Shown: positions 11,370 through 24,329, numbered from the stretch's first letter. The stretch is DNA of 64,000 bases from Raja brachyura (GCA_963514005.1 OY740794.1:20274001-20338000), one strand, 5' to 3'. The notes: generated by a model not told the origin, from the sequence alone. Translations and numbers: made by a program.

Positions 11370-12807
11370 TTTCGTAAATCCATGCTGACTTTGTCCAATG
11401 ATTTCACCACTTTCCAAATGTGTTGCTATCCCATCTTTAGAGTCAGTTATTAAAGATGGGATAGCAGCACATTTGGAAAGTGGTGAAATCATTGGACAAA
11501 GTCAGCATGGATTTACGAAAGGTAAATCATGTCTGACGAATCTTGTGGAATTTTTCGAGGATGTAACTAGTAGCGTGGATAGGGGAGAACCAGTGGATGT
11601 GGTGTATCTGGACTTCCAGAAGGCTTTCGACAAGGTCCCACATAAGAGATTAGTATATAAACTTAAAGCATACGGCAGTGGGGGTTCAGTATTGATGTAG
11701 ATAGAGAACTGGCTGGCAAACAGGAAGCAAAAAGTAGGAGTAAACGGGTCGTTTTCACAATGGCAGGCAGTGACTAGTGGGGTACCGCAAGGCTCAGTGC
11801 TGGGACCCCAGCTATTTACAATATACATAAATGATCTGGATGAGGGAATTGAAGGCAATATCTCCAAGTTTGCGGATGACACTAAGCTGGGGGGCAGTGT
11901 TAGCTGTGAGGAGGATGCTAGGAGAGTGCATGGTGACTTGGATAGGCTGGGTGAGTGGGCAAATTTTTGGCAGATGCAGTATAATGTGGATAAATGTGAG
12001 GTTATCCACTTTGGTGGCAAAAATAGGAAAACAGACTATTATCTAAATGGAGGCCGATTAGGAAAAGGGGAGATGCAGCGCGACCTGGGTGTCATGGTAC
12101 ACCAGTCATTGAAAGTAGGCATGCAGGTACAGCAGGCAGTGAAGAAAGCGAACGGTATGTTAGCTTTCATAGCAAAAGGATTTGAGTATAGGAGCTGGGA
12201 GGTTCTACTTCAGTTGTATAGGGTCTTGGTGAGGCCACACCTGGAGTATTGCGTACAGTTCTGGTCTCCAAATCTGAGGAAGGACATTATTGCCATAGAG
12301 GGAGTGCAGAGAAGGTTCACCAGACTGATTCCTGGGATGTCAGGACTGTCTTACGAACAAAGACTGCATAGACTCGGTTTATACTCTCTAGAATTTAGGA
12401 GATTGAGAGGGGATCTTATAGAAACTTACAAAATTCTTAAGGGGTTGGACAGGCTAGATGCAGGAAGATTGTTCCCGATGTTGGGGAGGTCCAGGACAAG
12501 GGGTCACAGCTTAAGGATAAGGGGGAAATCCTTTAGGACCGAGATGAGAAGGAATTTTTTCACACAGAGAGTGGTGGGTCTCTGGAACTCTCTGCCACAG
12601 AGGGTAGTTGAGGCCAGTTCATTGGCTATATTTAAGAGGGAGTTAGATGTGGCCCTTGTGGCTAAGGGGATCAGAGGGTATGGAGAGAAGGCAGGTACGG
12701 GATACTGAGTTGGATGATCAGCCATGATCATATTGAATGGCGGTGCAGGCTCGAAGGACCGCATGGCCTACTCCTGCACCTAATTTCTATGTTTCTATGT
12801 TTCTATG
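11370..12807 (+). mobile_element. Young 5'-truncated CR1 LINE (ORF2 RT C-terminal half, one nonsense codon) with a fold-back 5' end
   Basis: QHGFTKGKSCLTNL, YLDFQKAFDKV, GVPQGSVLGP and KFADDTKL motifs. TAG at 11698-11700 replaces a Trp codon, the frame ends at 12708, and the tail is (tttctatg)n. Confidence 0.95.
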
Positions 12808-13002
12808 TTAAATAAATCTCGTCTGCGTGCATGTGATCCATATCTCTTAATTCCCTGCATATCCATGTGCCTAAGCAAAAGCCTCTCAAACGCAACTGTC
12901 GTCTATCAATTATCAAACTATCTTCTTCCCCCACCACCCGTGGCAGCACATTCCAGGCACCCACAACTTTCTCTCTGCGTAAAAACATTTCCCCACATTT
13001 CT

Positions 13003-13420
13003 CACACCTCATATTTCGCTTAGGCAACTTACACCCCAGTGGTATGAACATTAACTCTTAAAACTTTAAGCAACCCTTGCATTCCCTCTCACTTCATCCC
13101 TCCCCCTTCCCAGTTCTCTGACTAGTGTGACTGTCTCTTTCTACATTTTATCTCTGTTTGCTTTGTTGTTACTTTCTCCCAGCTAACAATGATCTATTCT
13201 ACATTTCCCTTGATCTCCAGCCTCTTTGTCCGGTTTTCACACCTTACACTTCCTTATCTCTATATCTCTCTCTCCCCTGACATCACTGAAGAATGGTCTC
13301 GACCCGAAACGTCACCCATTCATTCACTCCAACAGTGCTACCTGGCCCGCAGAGTTACTCCAGCATTTTGTGTTTACCTTAGGTTTAAGCCAGCATCTGT
13401 AGTTCCTTCCTACACATTTC
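13003..13420 (+). mobile_element. Penelope-like element 3' end (GIY-YIG C-terminus and pLTR)
   Basis: HLIFRLGNLHPSGMNINS matches the PLE ORF terminus (LGxLxPxG(L/M)N). It is followed by a pLTR with a hammerhead core at 13286-13313. Confidence 0.8.
13286..13313 (+). ncRNA. Minimal type I hammerhead ribozyme motif (PLE-associated)
   Basis: CUGAAGA-A-UGGUC-UC-GACCC-GAAAC-GUC; core intact, with one stem II mismatch. Confidence 0.6.
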
Positions 13421-13919
13421 AGTAGGGAATATCTTTCAAGGGTATTTATTATTGTAAAGGCCTTTCTACAGCGCTGGGTACTTATGAGTATGAACAGTTG
13501 ATTATTCACCTACACCGGTTCTATCATGGTCTGACTTTGTTTGCTTGTAACCTTTAATTCCATCAACTTGACTGTCTCAAAGTAACCCCTAAAATCAGAT
13601 GGTGACAAGATCTATGAGGGCTAGCCTTTTGGAGATTTTTCTGCAAGTAAATCTTCAACAGTTTCTAAGAATTAAGAACCCTTACATCATAGTTTGTTGG
13701 ACTACAGGAGTTTAATTTTTAATTAATTATAACAGTCTAAAACTCTGTGGAAAGGAAAATGATCCGAATGGACTGATGTGGTTTTTCTACGTTAGGTATT
13801 AGTTTTTCCTCAATCAATGTGCTGTTAATGTGAATTTAAAAAATGCAGATGCTGGAAATCTTAAACCAAACAGAAAATACTGGGGACACTTAGCAGGTCA
13901 GATAGCATCTGCAGAAAGT

Positions 13920-14410
13920 ACAGCTGGAAAGGGTACAGAAAAGATTTACGAGGATGTTGCCAGGTCTAGAGGGTCTGAGGTATAGGACAAGGTTGAAGAA
14001 GCTGGGACTTTATTCAGAGCACAGGACAATGAGGGATGATCTTATAGAAGCATATAATACCATGAGAGGAAAATATTGGGTAGATACACAGAGTCTCTTG
14101 ACCAGAGTAGGTGAATCGAGGACCAGAGGACATAGGTTTAAGGTGAAGGGGAAAAATTTAATAGGAATCTGAGCGGTTATTCTTCACACAAAGGGTGGTG
14201 GGTGTATGGAATGAGCTGCCGGAGGATGTACTGTAGTTGAGGCAGGGACTATCTCACCATTTAAGAAACAGTTAGTCACGTACATGGATAGGACAGGTTT
14301 AGAGGGATACGGGCCAAACGCATGCAGGTGGAACTAGTGTAGCTGGAACATGTTGGCCAGTGTGGGCAATTTGGACCAAAGGGCCTGTTTCCACGTGGTT
14401 GGACTCTATA
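13920..14410 (+). mobile_element. CR1 LINE 3' fragment
   Basis: MLPGLEGLRY...RTRGHRFKVKG followed by the CR1 3'UTR. Confidence 0.8.
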
Positions 14411-14419
14411 ACAGAGTTA

Positions 14420-14653
14420 AGGGCATGTCCCACTTTCATGACCTAATTCATGACCTTTTTTACTCGTGGACATTTTTCATCAGGCTAGAAAAACGCCCCG
14501 ACCTACTTGATGCCATGAGTACCTATGACGAGCATCACAACATACCTACGACCTACCTACGACCTCCTATGTCCACCTATGACCTTGTGACGACCATGCT
14601 GTGAATATGAGTCAAGGGCAAACTTGGCAGAGGTCGCGAATTAGGTCGTGAAA
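14420..14653. mobile_element. Harbinger-type MITE with truncated right TIR
   Basis: TTA then AGGGCATGTCCCACTTTCATGACCTAATT; closely similar to 24330-24567. Confidence 0.8.
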
Positions 14654-15537
14654 ATAATGTTTCATGATGAATTCAGGGCATTTCATCCTTAATTTGCTTC
14701 CAAGTTTTCAGTTTCTTGGGATTAATATAAGTGGGTGGTTGATCATCAACAACAGATTTGGTGAGTCAAAGGGCCTGATTCTATGTGTTATCTCTCTGTG
14801 AATTGCAGAAGGATTCAATTCATGCCCATTCAGGGGCCCATGAGTTAAACTGGTTGTTAACTTCTTAAAGAGCCAGTCATTGAGGCAGAAAGCTAAACAG
14901 GTCAGAAACATTTCTGGTAGTAAAGGCCTCAGCCTGGGGAAGCTTTGACCATCTGTGGTACTAGGGAGCAGAAGGTGTTGCTGGAGGATGTGGAAGGGAA
15001 AGAGGATTGACTGCTGCAACTCTTTCTTTCAACATTGCAGTGACAGAGAAAGTTTAATTATGTGATCAGTTTTGGAAAAGTAAGGGAGCACTGAGGCAAG
15101 AGTCTAGAGTCTCCTCACCTCTACGCTACAGTTCTTTGGACCAAAACTTTGTTCTGGCAATTGTGTGTTGTGGTAACGGGCCACTCCATGTTAAAGATTC
15201 TCACACAGGACCCTTCCACTTCTCTGTATAACATTAACAGACTGATCAAAATTCCCTCTCCACTCCAGAACCCTGGGAGCTGCAATGGTCATAAACTAAG
15301 GATTAATTCCTGATCTTCCAATCTACCTCATTGAAGCCCTCTCATTTTTTTTTAAATCTGCACATCTCTGAGGCTATAACACTATATCCTGCATTCATTT
15401 TCCTTTCTCTTTTTGCACTACCTGTTGTATTCATGTATGGTTTGGTTTGCATGGATAACATTCAAAAGAAATGTTTTCACTGTATCTCAGTACATGTGAC
15501 AATAATAAACCAATAATCAATAACAAGGGGTGCTCCA

Positions 15538-15930
15538 TAAGACATAGGAGCAGAATTCATCCCATCAATTCAGCCCATCATGTCTACTCTGCCATTTAAT
15601 GACGGCTGATCTATTTTTCCCTCTCAACCCCATTCTCTTGCCTTCTCCCCATAACCTTTGACACACTTACCTTCAAGGATCGATCAAACTCTCCTTTTAA
15701 AATTAGCCCATGAGGTAGCTTCCACTGCCATCTATGGTAATGGATTCCACAAATTCACCACCCTCTGGCTTACGAAATTCCTGCTCATCTCCATTCTGAA
15801 GGTAAATCCTTTCATTCTGATTCTGTGCCCTGTCATTCTAGATTATTCCATTACTGGAAACATCCTTTGCAGCTCCACTTTATCTTGACCTTGCATTATC
15901 CAGTAGGGTTCAATGAGACCCCTCATCATG
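15538..15930 (-). mobile_element. CR1 3' fragment
   Basis: cataagacataggagcagaatt tail and aattcaccaccctctggcttacgaaattcc (reverse of the NFFxQRVV coding segment). Confidence 0.7.
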
Positions 15931-16059
15931 CTTATAAACTCCATCCTCGTGTAGTGATGGTGGCCAGGCTCCAAAATAAATGCATGGTCGTGGAAGAGGT
16001 GGTCCATTGTAATCCATTGTCAAGGTACAATGAGGGTTGTGCATGTCAATCAAGAACCT

Positions 16060-16830
16060 AATCACTGTAAAAAAAGTGGCAGTTCCTGAATCTGGTGGTA
16101 TGCCACGTCAGGCTTCTGTACTTCTCGGCTGATGGCAACAGCAGGAAGAGGGTCTGATTGGTGGGATTCTTGAGGCAGCATCTCATGTAGATGCTTTTGA
16201 TGAAGAGTCTTTTGTATTCCTGTGCATTGGAATCACTATAGTACTCCAAGATGCAAACTGCATCTGTAAAAGTTTGTTGGCGCATTTATTGACATGCCAA
16301 ATCTCTTTAAACTGTGAAGAAATTAAGAGCGCTGGTCCACCTTTCTCGTGATTACATTTATACGCTGGGCAGGTCAGGTCAGATCATCCAAGATGTTAAT
16401 GCCCATGAATTTGAAACTGATTACTCTCCCCACCCCCACCCACTGATGTCAAATGGTCTCCTGTCCTCCCCTTTCTGAATTCAGTCATTTGTTGAAGAGG
16501 CAATTAGTTGGGGGGGCACGGTGGCGCAGCAATAGAGTTGCTGCCTCACAGCACTAGAGACCTGGGTTCGATCCTGACTACTGGTACTGTCTGTACAAAG
16601 TGTGTATGTTCTCCCTGTGACAGGGTTGTAGGTTAATTGGCGTTGGTTAAAAAAAATTGGGAAAGTGATAGTGTATGGGAATCGCTGGTAGTCCAAAACG
16701 CCTGTTTCTTGCTGTATCTCTAAACTAAACTGAACCAAATAAAGCAAGTTCTTTGGTTTTGTTGATGTTGAGCAAAAGTTCGCTTTTGCAGTATGTTCTA
16801 GCTCTCTCCTGCAAGTATCCATCCAGGAAT
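16060..16830 (-). mobile_element. Degraded Rex1/Babar-like LINE fragment with a nested HE1 SINE (16510-16740, +)
   Basis: LLLPSAEKYRSLTWHTTRFRN resembles a Rex1 C-terminus. The SINE head is gggggcacggtggcgcagc. Confidence 0.6.
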
Positions 16831-19221
16831 AAGGACATTATTAGCATGATAAAACGGCTCTCTGTGATGTGTCAGACGTGTATTGGTGCAGTGAGGTTGG
16901 AGTTATGAATGAAAAATGGGCAGATATTTACAACATAAAATGATGGTTCCAGATTACTTAGTATTCAATGCAAATGCACCAAATGAAAAGGCCCCCATTA
17001 AATGCCCGTTGAGTCCACTATTCCATGGTCATTCAAAATAATCCACCAGCACAATATAATGCACAAAAGATTCAATGTAAATACCGCACAGATCTATCAC
17101 AGGGATGAACTTTAAATACTACTACATATTATCTACACATATTTGAGCTCTGAGAGATGATTTGAAGCATTCATTCTCTAATGCAGATTTTAAAATAAAT
17201 ATTTGAAATATGTTGACCTGAATGCTTTAAGACCGAATAACTGATTGAAATAGCAGAGTATATATCATGAGAATTCTTAATCTCAAGGTTCGTTGCATAG
17301 AGAGCACTTAATCGCAATGGGTTTGAAAAAATGGCTGAGTGGGTGTTTTCTGCTTATTGAAGGCAATACATTTAATCTACAATGAAATATGCGACTGGTG
17401 TTAATCCCTGCCTAAAATGTCTCGTCTTCCATTTTCCTCAGGGCACACAGTCAGCATAAGAATTACCAATACTAGGGATATGGGCTCCTTGAAGTTTTGT
17501 TTGAATCTGAGGACCACTTCAAACCCTTTAACGAGGTCGATATGATGTGCAGAATACTGGATAAAAAGGAATAATTCTATAAACAAAATCAGATAAGGGG
17601 AAAGAGTTCTGTCTGTGCAGTAACACCATGTTACATCAACTGAAATTCAAATGCTATGAAGTGCTTGAGTTGCCTTTGATATTCTTTGTTAGAAGGATTC
17701 TTTTTTATTCAGTAATCAATAAGAAAATATGTTATGCAAAAATCAGGGCAAGCAGAAACAGGAGGTAAAAAATCTGATTTATTACAATTCACTATAATTT
17801 TCAAGGACCTGTCCATCCACTCTAAATACCAATCTCTGGAATTATGCTACCACAGAATAGCTTTTTTTTGTAACTACCTTTCAGCTGACATTGAAAGCTT
17901 AATTTTATTGCAGTGATTCTTAGAGTGTCAGCCAACCCCCCACGCAAAAGCACAAGCTATAGTTCTGGTCGGGTTGCTTTATGTCAAGAAGGTCACGCCA
18001 TTTCCTCATCATTTAACCTTGATTTGAAGAGCCCTCCATCACTGACTGAAGTCGGCTGTGTCCATTGCCAAATTTTGGGGCCTAGAGCAACATCAGGTTG
18101 TGAGTTTAATAAGAGTAATTTATTATTAGTGTCATTTTAATGACCTATTTACACTTTACAAAGAAAAAAATCGACAAACAGAAAATATTGTCCTTCTCCC
18201 TTCTTTCCCAGGAACAATACACATAGCTACTAGTCTGTTATTTGAGGGGGATGAGAGTTATAACTGGTACCGGCCTCCTTGTGAAGCTTGAATCAGTTGA
18301 AGGGCCCTGAGATTATGCCCAGAGTAAAGAGCCTTGTAGGAAAGATTGATTGCAATTTGTTTTCAATGGCAACAGTAGCTGTCACTCGTTATTGGCAATA
18401 AATGCTTCCTTTCCCTCACATGGGATACTCACTTTCACCAGAAATTTAATGATTACACAAGCACGGTTGGACTAATGGCACATACATCACAATCGTTGTG
18501 CGAAGAACATTGATGCCCCATGGCAAAGCCTTTTCTCCTCCTCTATTTCTTCGTGAGACTGAACCCAACCATGTGGGGGGTGGCTTGACACAAAAAGTCC
18601 ACCTTTAGTTTTGTTATTTTTCAGGATTTGGCAATCCAACAAAGCCGAGAACGGAGGGGGGACCAGGTGATGCTCGCGGGCGGTAGGGGGGTAGAGGATG
18701 CGGCAGGCAGAAGATAGGACTGTTTGGTGAATTTGTCAGCGCCAGTAACGTGGCCACACCTGCCACACTTGTCTACTGCTTAGGTGAGGTCTGCTGTCTG
18801 ATTTTACAGGGTTGTATGTAAAACCAAAGCATTTTGCTGTACCTAGGTAATAAAGTATCATTGAATTTGATTGCTTTATGGACAACTAATAGAGCCTCTA
18901 TGTCCAATGCATGAACAGTTGCCACACTATAGGTGTAATGTAATGGTGCTGAAGTGGGTCCAAAGAAGTTTCATTGGGATGTTACCTGGATTTGATTATT
19001 TCAATTATGAGGAGAGATTAGATGAACTGGGCTTATTTTTTACTAGAGTGGAGAAGGCATACCTAGTGGAGATATGCAAATTTGTGTGGGGGAATGATAA
19101 GCTACATAGTAAGAATTACTTTTCCCAAGGTGGGGGGGTTTGAAGGAAAAAAAAATTGACATGTATTTTAGGTGAGAAATAGGAGGTTTAGAGGCAATCT
19201 TAGGGGTAATTTGTTCACATG

Positions 19222-20648
19222 ACAATAGACAATAGGTGCAGGAGTAGGCCATTCGGCCCTTCAGGCCAGCACCGCCGTTCAATGTGATTATGGCTGATCA
19301 TCCCCAATCATGACCCAGTTCCTGCCTTCTCCCCATATCCCCTGATTCTGCTATTTTTAAGAGCCCTAACCAGCTCTCTCTTGAAAGCATCCTGAGAACC
19401 TGCCTCCACTGCCCTCTGAGGCAGAGAATTCCAGACTCACCACTCTCTGTGAGAAAAAGTGTTTGCTCGTCTCCGTTCTAAATGGCTTACTCCTTATTCT
19501 TAAACTGTGGCCCCTGTTTTTTACTCCCCCAACATGTTTCCTGCCTCAAACCTGTCCAAGCCCTTAACAATCTTATATGTTTCAATGAGATCCCCTCTCA
19601 TCCTTCTAAACTCCAGAGTGTACAAGTCCAGCTGCTCCATTCACACTACATCCACTGGCTCTCCCTTGTCCATTTTCCTAGTTACTTCTTCAAAAAATTC
19701 CAGAAGATTAGTCAAGCATGATTTCCCCTTCGTAAATCCATGCTGACTCGGACCAATCCTGTTATTGGTATCCAAATGTTCGGCTATCTCATTTTTCATA
19801 ATTGACTCCAGCATCTTCCCCACCACCGATGTCAGGCTAACTGCTTGATAATTCCCTGTTTTCCCTCTCCCGCCTTTCTTAAAAAGTGGGATAGCTACCC
19901 ACATTAGCTACCCTCCAATCTACAGGAACTGATCCTGAGTCCATAGAACATTGGAAAATTATTACCAATGCATCCACGATTTCTAGAGCCACTTCCTTAA
20001 GTACCCTGGGATGCAGACCATCAGGCCCTGGGGATTTATCAGCCTTCCGTCCCATCAGTCTATCCAGCCTGCCTAATGTGGATTTCCTTCAGTTCCTCCG
20101 TCGCCCCAGATCCTCTGGCCACTACTATATCAGGAATATTGTTTGTGTCCTCCTTAGTGAAGACAGATCCAAAGTACCTGTTCAACTCATCTGCCATTTC
20201 CTTGTTCCCCATAATAAATTCACCTTTTTCGGTCTTCAAGGGTCCAACTTTGGTCTTAACTCATTTTTTCCTCTTCACATACCTAAAGAAGCTTTTACTA
20301 TCCTGCTTTATATTTTTGGCTAGCTTACCTTTGTACCTCATCTTTTCCCCCATATTGTCTTTTTAGTTATTTTCTGTTGTTGTTTAAACGTTACCCAATT
20401 CTATCCATACTCTCTCCACATCTACTGTTTCAATGTCACATCTTGCAAGGGACTGGATTTCATTCCTCATCAACAGGGCAACCCCACCCCCTCTGCCCAC
20501 CTGTCTGGCTTTTCGATAAGAGGTGTATCCTTGAATATTCAGTTCCCAGCCCTGGCCCTCTTGCAGCCATGTCTCATTAATTCCCACAACATCATACTTG
20601 CCAGTTTCTAACTGAGCCTCAAGCTCGTCCACTTTATTCCTTATACTT
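19222..20648 (-). mobile_element. Internally deleted CR1 LINE (EN and RT pieces) inserted in an older + strand CR1 (18880-20850)
   Basis: DVVGINETWL...GRGGGVALL (APE) and PLFKKGGR...NYQAVSLTSVVGKMLE...QHGFTKGKSC; tail gacaatagacaatag. Confidence 0.9.
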
Positions 20649-21479
20649 CGGAGAATGAGAATGGTTGAAATCTGGAACGCATTGCCTGAGAAGGTGGTGC
20701 AGGCAAGTACATTTGAGAAACATCTAGATAAACACTTAAATCAATAAAGCATAGAAGACAATGACCAAATGAAGGCAAATGGGATGAGTGTAGATGGGCA
20801 CAATGATTGTTGGGCCAAAGTGACTGTTCCTGCAATGTACGACTATGACTGTGATTTAATGACTCTAAGAAACTGAGGAAATATAGTTTTCAAAGACATT
20901 TATGTTTGAACCCTTGTGACTGAGGCAGAGATTTCACCACATAATTCAAAACTAGTCTGAAGAAGGGTCCCGACCCGAAATGTCACTTATCCTTTTTTCT
21001 CCAGAGATGCTGCCTGGCGTGTTGAGTTACTCCAGCACTTTGTGTCTATCTTAGGGATACCCCGTGCAGCTCCGGCACTTGTGCTAATCTAGAATAAAGT
21101 TCTCCTGTCCGATTTACAACTGACTACTTTTCTAGTTCTCGCGAGACAGTTCTGCATCGTTGAAGGAACTGTACATGAGAAACACCATTTACCTCTTCCC
21201 CATGTGAATTAGACATTTCAGAGCACTAGTCAAACAGGATTCTGGTCAACATTCTGCTTGTAATTCATACCAGTCTTTCTGAGATCTTGTTGTGTGAAAG
21301 GTGGCAGCTGTGTTTGCCTGCACATCAATAGCCATTGCATTTCAAAGTAATTCATTGCAGGTGAAAGATGAGATAAGGTGTTAAAAATATTAAATGATTG
21401 TATTCATATCCTATCAAACAGTGACCTAAATACGAAACTGATATAATAGGAGTAATAGTGCAATGGTGTTCAGCTATTT

Positions 21480-22565
21480 AGCTTAGTTTAGAGATACAGC
21501 AGGGAACAGACCCTTCAGCCCACTGAGTTCATGCCAACCATTGGTCATCCATTCACACTTGGTCTATGTTATCATATTTTCCCCATCCACTCTCAACACA
21601 CTAGGGGCAATTTACTGAGGCCAATTGACCTACATATCAGCACATTTTTGGTGGTGAGGGGAAAACCAGAGCACCCAGAAGAAACCCACATGGTTATGTT
21701 AATCCCGGCCAAATTGGAGAGGCTAGGACTATAAAATGGGGTAAAAGCTTCAGGGCTGCAGGGAGATTTGGTCAATTTGGAATTGCTCTCTGTAGAGCTG
21801 GGACAAGCTGTGGGGCGGTGTGTCTAGAGCCTAGATACAAGCTGCAAGAAAAGAATAAGAATATCTGCAGACCTTGTCAATTAGGTGCAAAATGCATAGA
21901 ATGGATTGGATGGCTGCAAACCAGACATACACCTTGTAAATAATTGTAAATAATGTTGCAGAGTTCAACTTTGCCGAGTGTTGATTGGATGAGGTACTGA
22001 GCCTTGTCTGGCTTTCTTGCAGATCAGGGTAAATGTTTCTAAGTTGGCTTCCTTAAGAAGTCCTGTTTGAATACAATGTATTAAGCTGCTGTATTATTGG
22101 GTTAGGGAAATGTCTGTTATGTATGGGGTTAATCAATATCTGTAATTGCATTGTTCAGAGACCATCCCCATGTGGTTCGGCCCCTTGAGGTCCCGGGACC
22201 TATAAAAGTCCACTGCCACAACGTCCAGCACGATCTTCTGGGAGAGCGCTTGGGACTGCGTGACCTTCTGGAGTGTCTCTGTTTGAGCGAGGCCTAGAGG
22301 GGTTCATCAGGCAGATACGAGGATCGAACCCGCGGTGGGATAGGTACAGTAGTTGACCTGTAATTGTGTTTTGTCAAGATTAGTTGTTCAAGAGCTTGAT
22401 TCAGTGATTTTTTTACTGAAACTAGACGGGGGGGAAGCTTAGAACAAGCAATTTACAGTTATAGGGAGAACGTGCAAACTCCACACAGAGAGCAGTCAAG
22501 GTCAGGATCGAATCCAGATTTCTGGCGCTGTGAGGCAGTGGATGTATCAACTGTTCTACTGTGCA
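21480..22565 (-). mobile_element. HE1 SINE split by a solo LTR
   Basis: aaacccacatggtta | gttatagggagaacgtgcaaactcc is contiguous once the insert is removed. Confidence 0.75.
21697..22457 (+). mobile_element. Solo LTR (761 bp)
   Basis: TG...CA termini, 4-bp TSD GTTA (21693-21696 and 22458-22461), TATA box TATAAAA at 22201. Confidence 0.8.
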
Positions 22566-22869
22566 TTATTTAACGGACACCCTCTGCTATTAATGTGTAA
22601 AATCATGAGTAAGTCCCGCTGTTAAAGGCAGACACACCAGCCCGCTGAGAAAGAGTAATGGACATGCCTGGGTCTCAAAGTCAAGTTTTTCTCTCTCAGA
22701 GTGCTCTAAAGTCTGAATCATTGCATATGTTCAAGGCTCAGATGGGAGCCTCAGATTGTTGAGGGGATCAAACACGAAAGTGGAACTGAGGTGAAGGTCA
22801 GATTAGCCGTGATCTTATTGAATGGCACAGTTATTTGGCATATCCCTGCTCCTATTTCTTATATTCTTA

Positions 22870-23457
22870 AGGGCCTGTCCCACCAGCATGCAACTCTACG
22901 CGATTAGCGCGACCTAACGTGGTCGCTTGAGCCGTCCGGCGTCGCGGGGCCGGTCCCACATCGATCGCCGGAGCCGCGCGGAATTGTGCAGAGTTCGTCC
23001 CGAGTTCATCCCGACACCGCGCGGGGCTCCGAAAAACCGACTATGTCTAAAAATCCCGCGTGGCAACGGCTTGTCGGCTCGCAGTCGCCTCGACATTTAC
23101 ACACCGCCCGGACATCGTGCCTCCGTGAACTTATTTGTAAGTGCCTCCGTGACCCTCTATGTGTGTGGCTCCGTGGCCCTGTATGTGTGTGTGTCTCGGT
23201 GCCCCTCTCTGTGTACCCCTCTAAGTCCTGGCGAACTTACCTTGGACTTGCTTCAAGTTCGCCTCGCTTTGCGCCGCGTTGCGCCACTCACCCAACTTCC
23301 GCGCGGCCCTCGCTGCCGGTTTAGTTGCGCTTGCCGCATGCAGGCGCATGCTGGTGGGAACGGCCCTGTACAGGGGATCACCCGACCTCCGCGCGGCCCC
23401 CGCTGCCGGTTTGATCGCGTTCATCGCATAGAGTTGCATGCTGGTGGGACAGGCCCT
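22870..23457. mobile_element. PIF/Harbinger-type MITE, GC/CpG-rich and young
   Basis: TIR AGGGCCTGTCCCACCAGCATGCAACTCTA and its reverse complement; TSD TTA on both sides. Confidence 0.92.
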
Positions 23458-23710
23458 TTACATATTCTTTGAGGCCTCACATGGAGAAAACCTTATTTTA
23501 GGCTCAGAATTTCTATCATGATTCTAATATTGACATTTTAAAGTGTGAAAAAATTACAAAGTAACTCTTTACTTTATCTATCTAAAGTTCACGTTTCTTT
23601 GAATGAAAATAACTGTTCCCATTCTTTGCTTCGTGTTCAATAGTATCCATGCCTGTTTGCTTATGTGACAGAAATAATTACCATTCCATGTGATGAATGG
23701 TATTACATTT

Positions 23711-24130
23711 TAGATTAGATTTAGATTTAGATTTAGATTATCCTTTATTGTCATTCAGACCTATCCGTCTGAACGAAATTTTGTTACCTTGCAGTCATAA
23801 CATATAATAAAAAACAAAACACACAATAAACACATATTTAACATCCACCACAGTGAGTTCACCAGGCACCTCCTCACTGTGGTGGAAGGCAAAAGTCTTA
23901 GAGTCTCTGTCTTCTTCCCTCCTTGTTCTCCCTCTGCGCTGAGGAGATCCAGGCCTCCGATGTTGCCGTCCACTAGGCCCGCGGCCGAGCCTCCGAAGCC
24001 AGGCTGCCGCCACCGCCATCGCCGGAATGCCAGAACATCGCCACAGGGCCCGCCGCTGTAACGCTGGAGCACCGCAGCTCCAAAGCCAGGTCGCCGCTGG
24101 AATGTCGCTGGAGCACCGCAGCCCCGAATA
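23711..24130 (-). mobile_element. GC-rich non-autonomous retroposon with a LINE-like 3' tail
   Basis: (tagatt)n tail and aatttcgttcag...tgaatgacaataaagg 3' motif; homologous to 47630-48410. Confidence 0.65.
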
Positions 24131-24329
24131 CATATATTGTTCACTGAGAATGCTTTGGTGATTTTGCTGGAAATAATGTCAATTCCCAATCATATTGATC
24201 ATGTCCATCACTTATTCTGACCAGAAAGTATCATCTTCCTAAATGATCCTCAGAAATAAAGCAGAAAATAAATGTTATTGCTATTTTCTTCATCTTTTCA
24301 TAAGATCATGAGACACAGGAGCAGAATTG

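Noticed and set aside
17466-17557. Possible minus-strand exon (polypyrimidine-CAG ... GTAATT; YSAHHIDLVKGFEVVLRF...)
   Set aside because: No recognisable protein similarity and no partner exons; such splice-like signals arise by chance.
22927-23472. 181-aa ORF (and the 209-aa ORF at 47638-48267)
   Set aside because: These are GC-rich repeat interiors depleted of stop codons, with no domain motifs.
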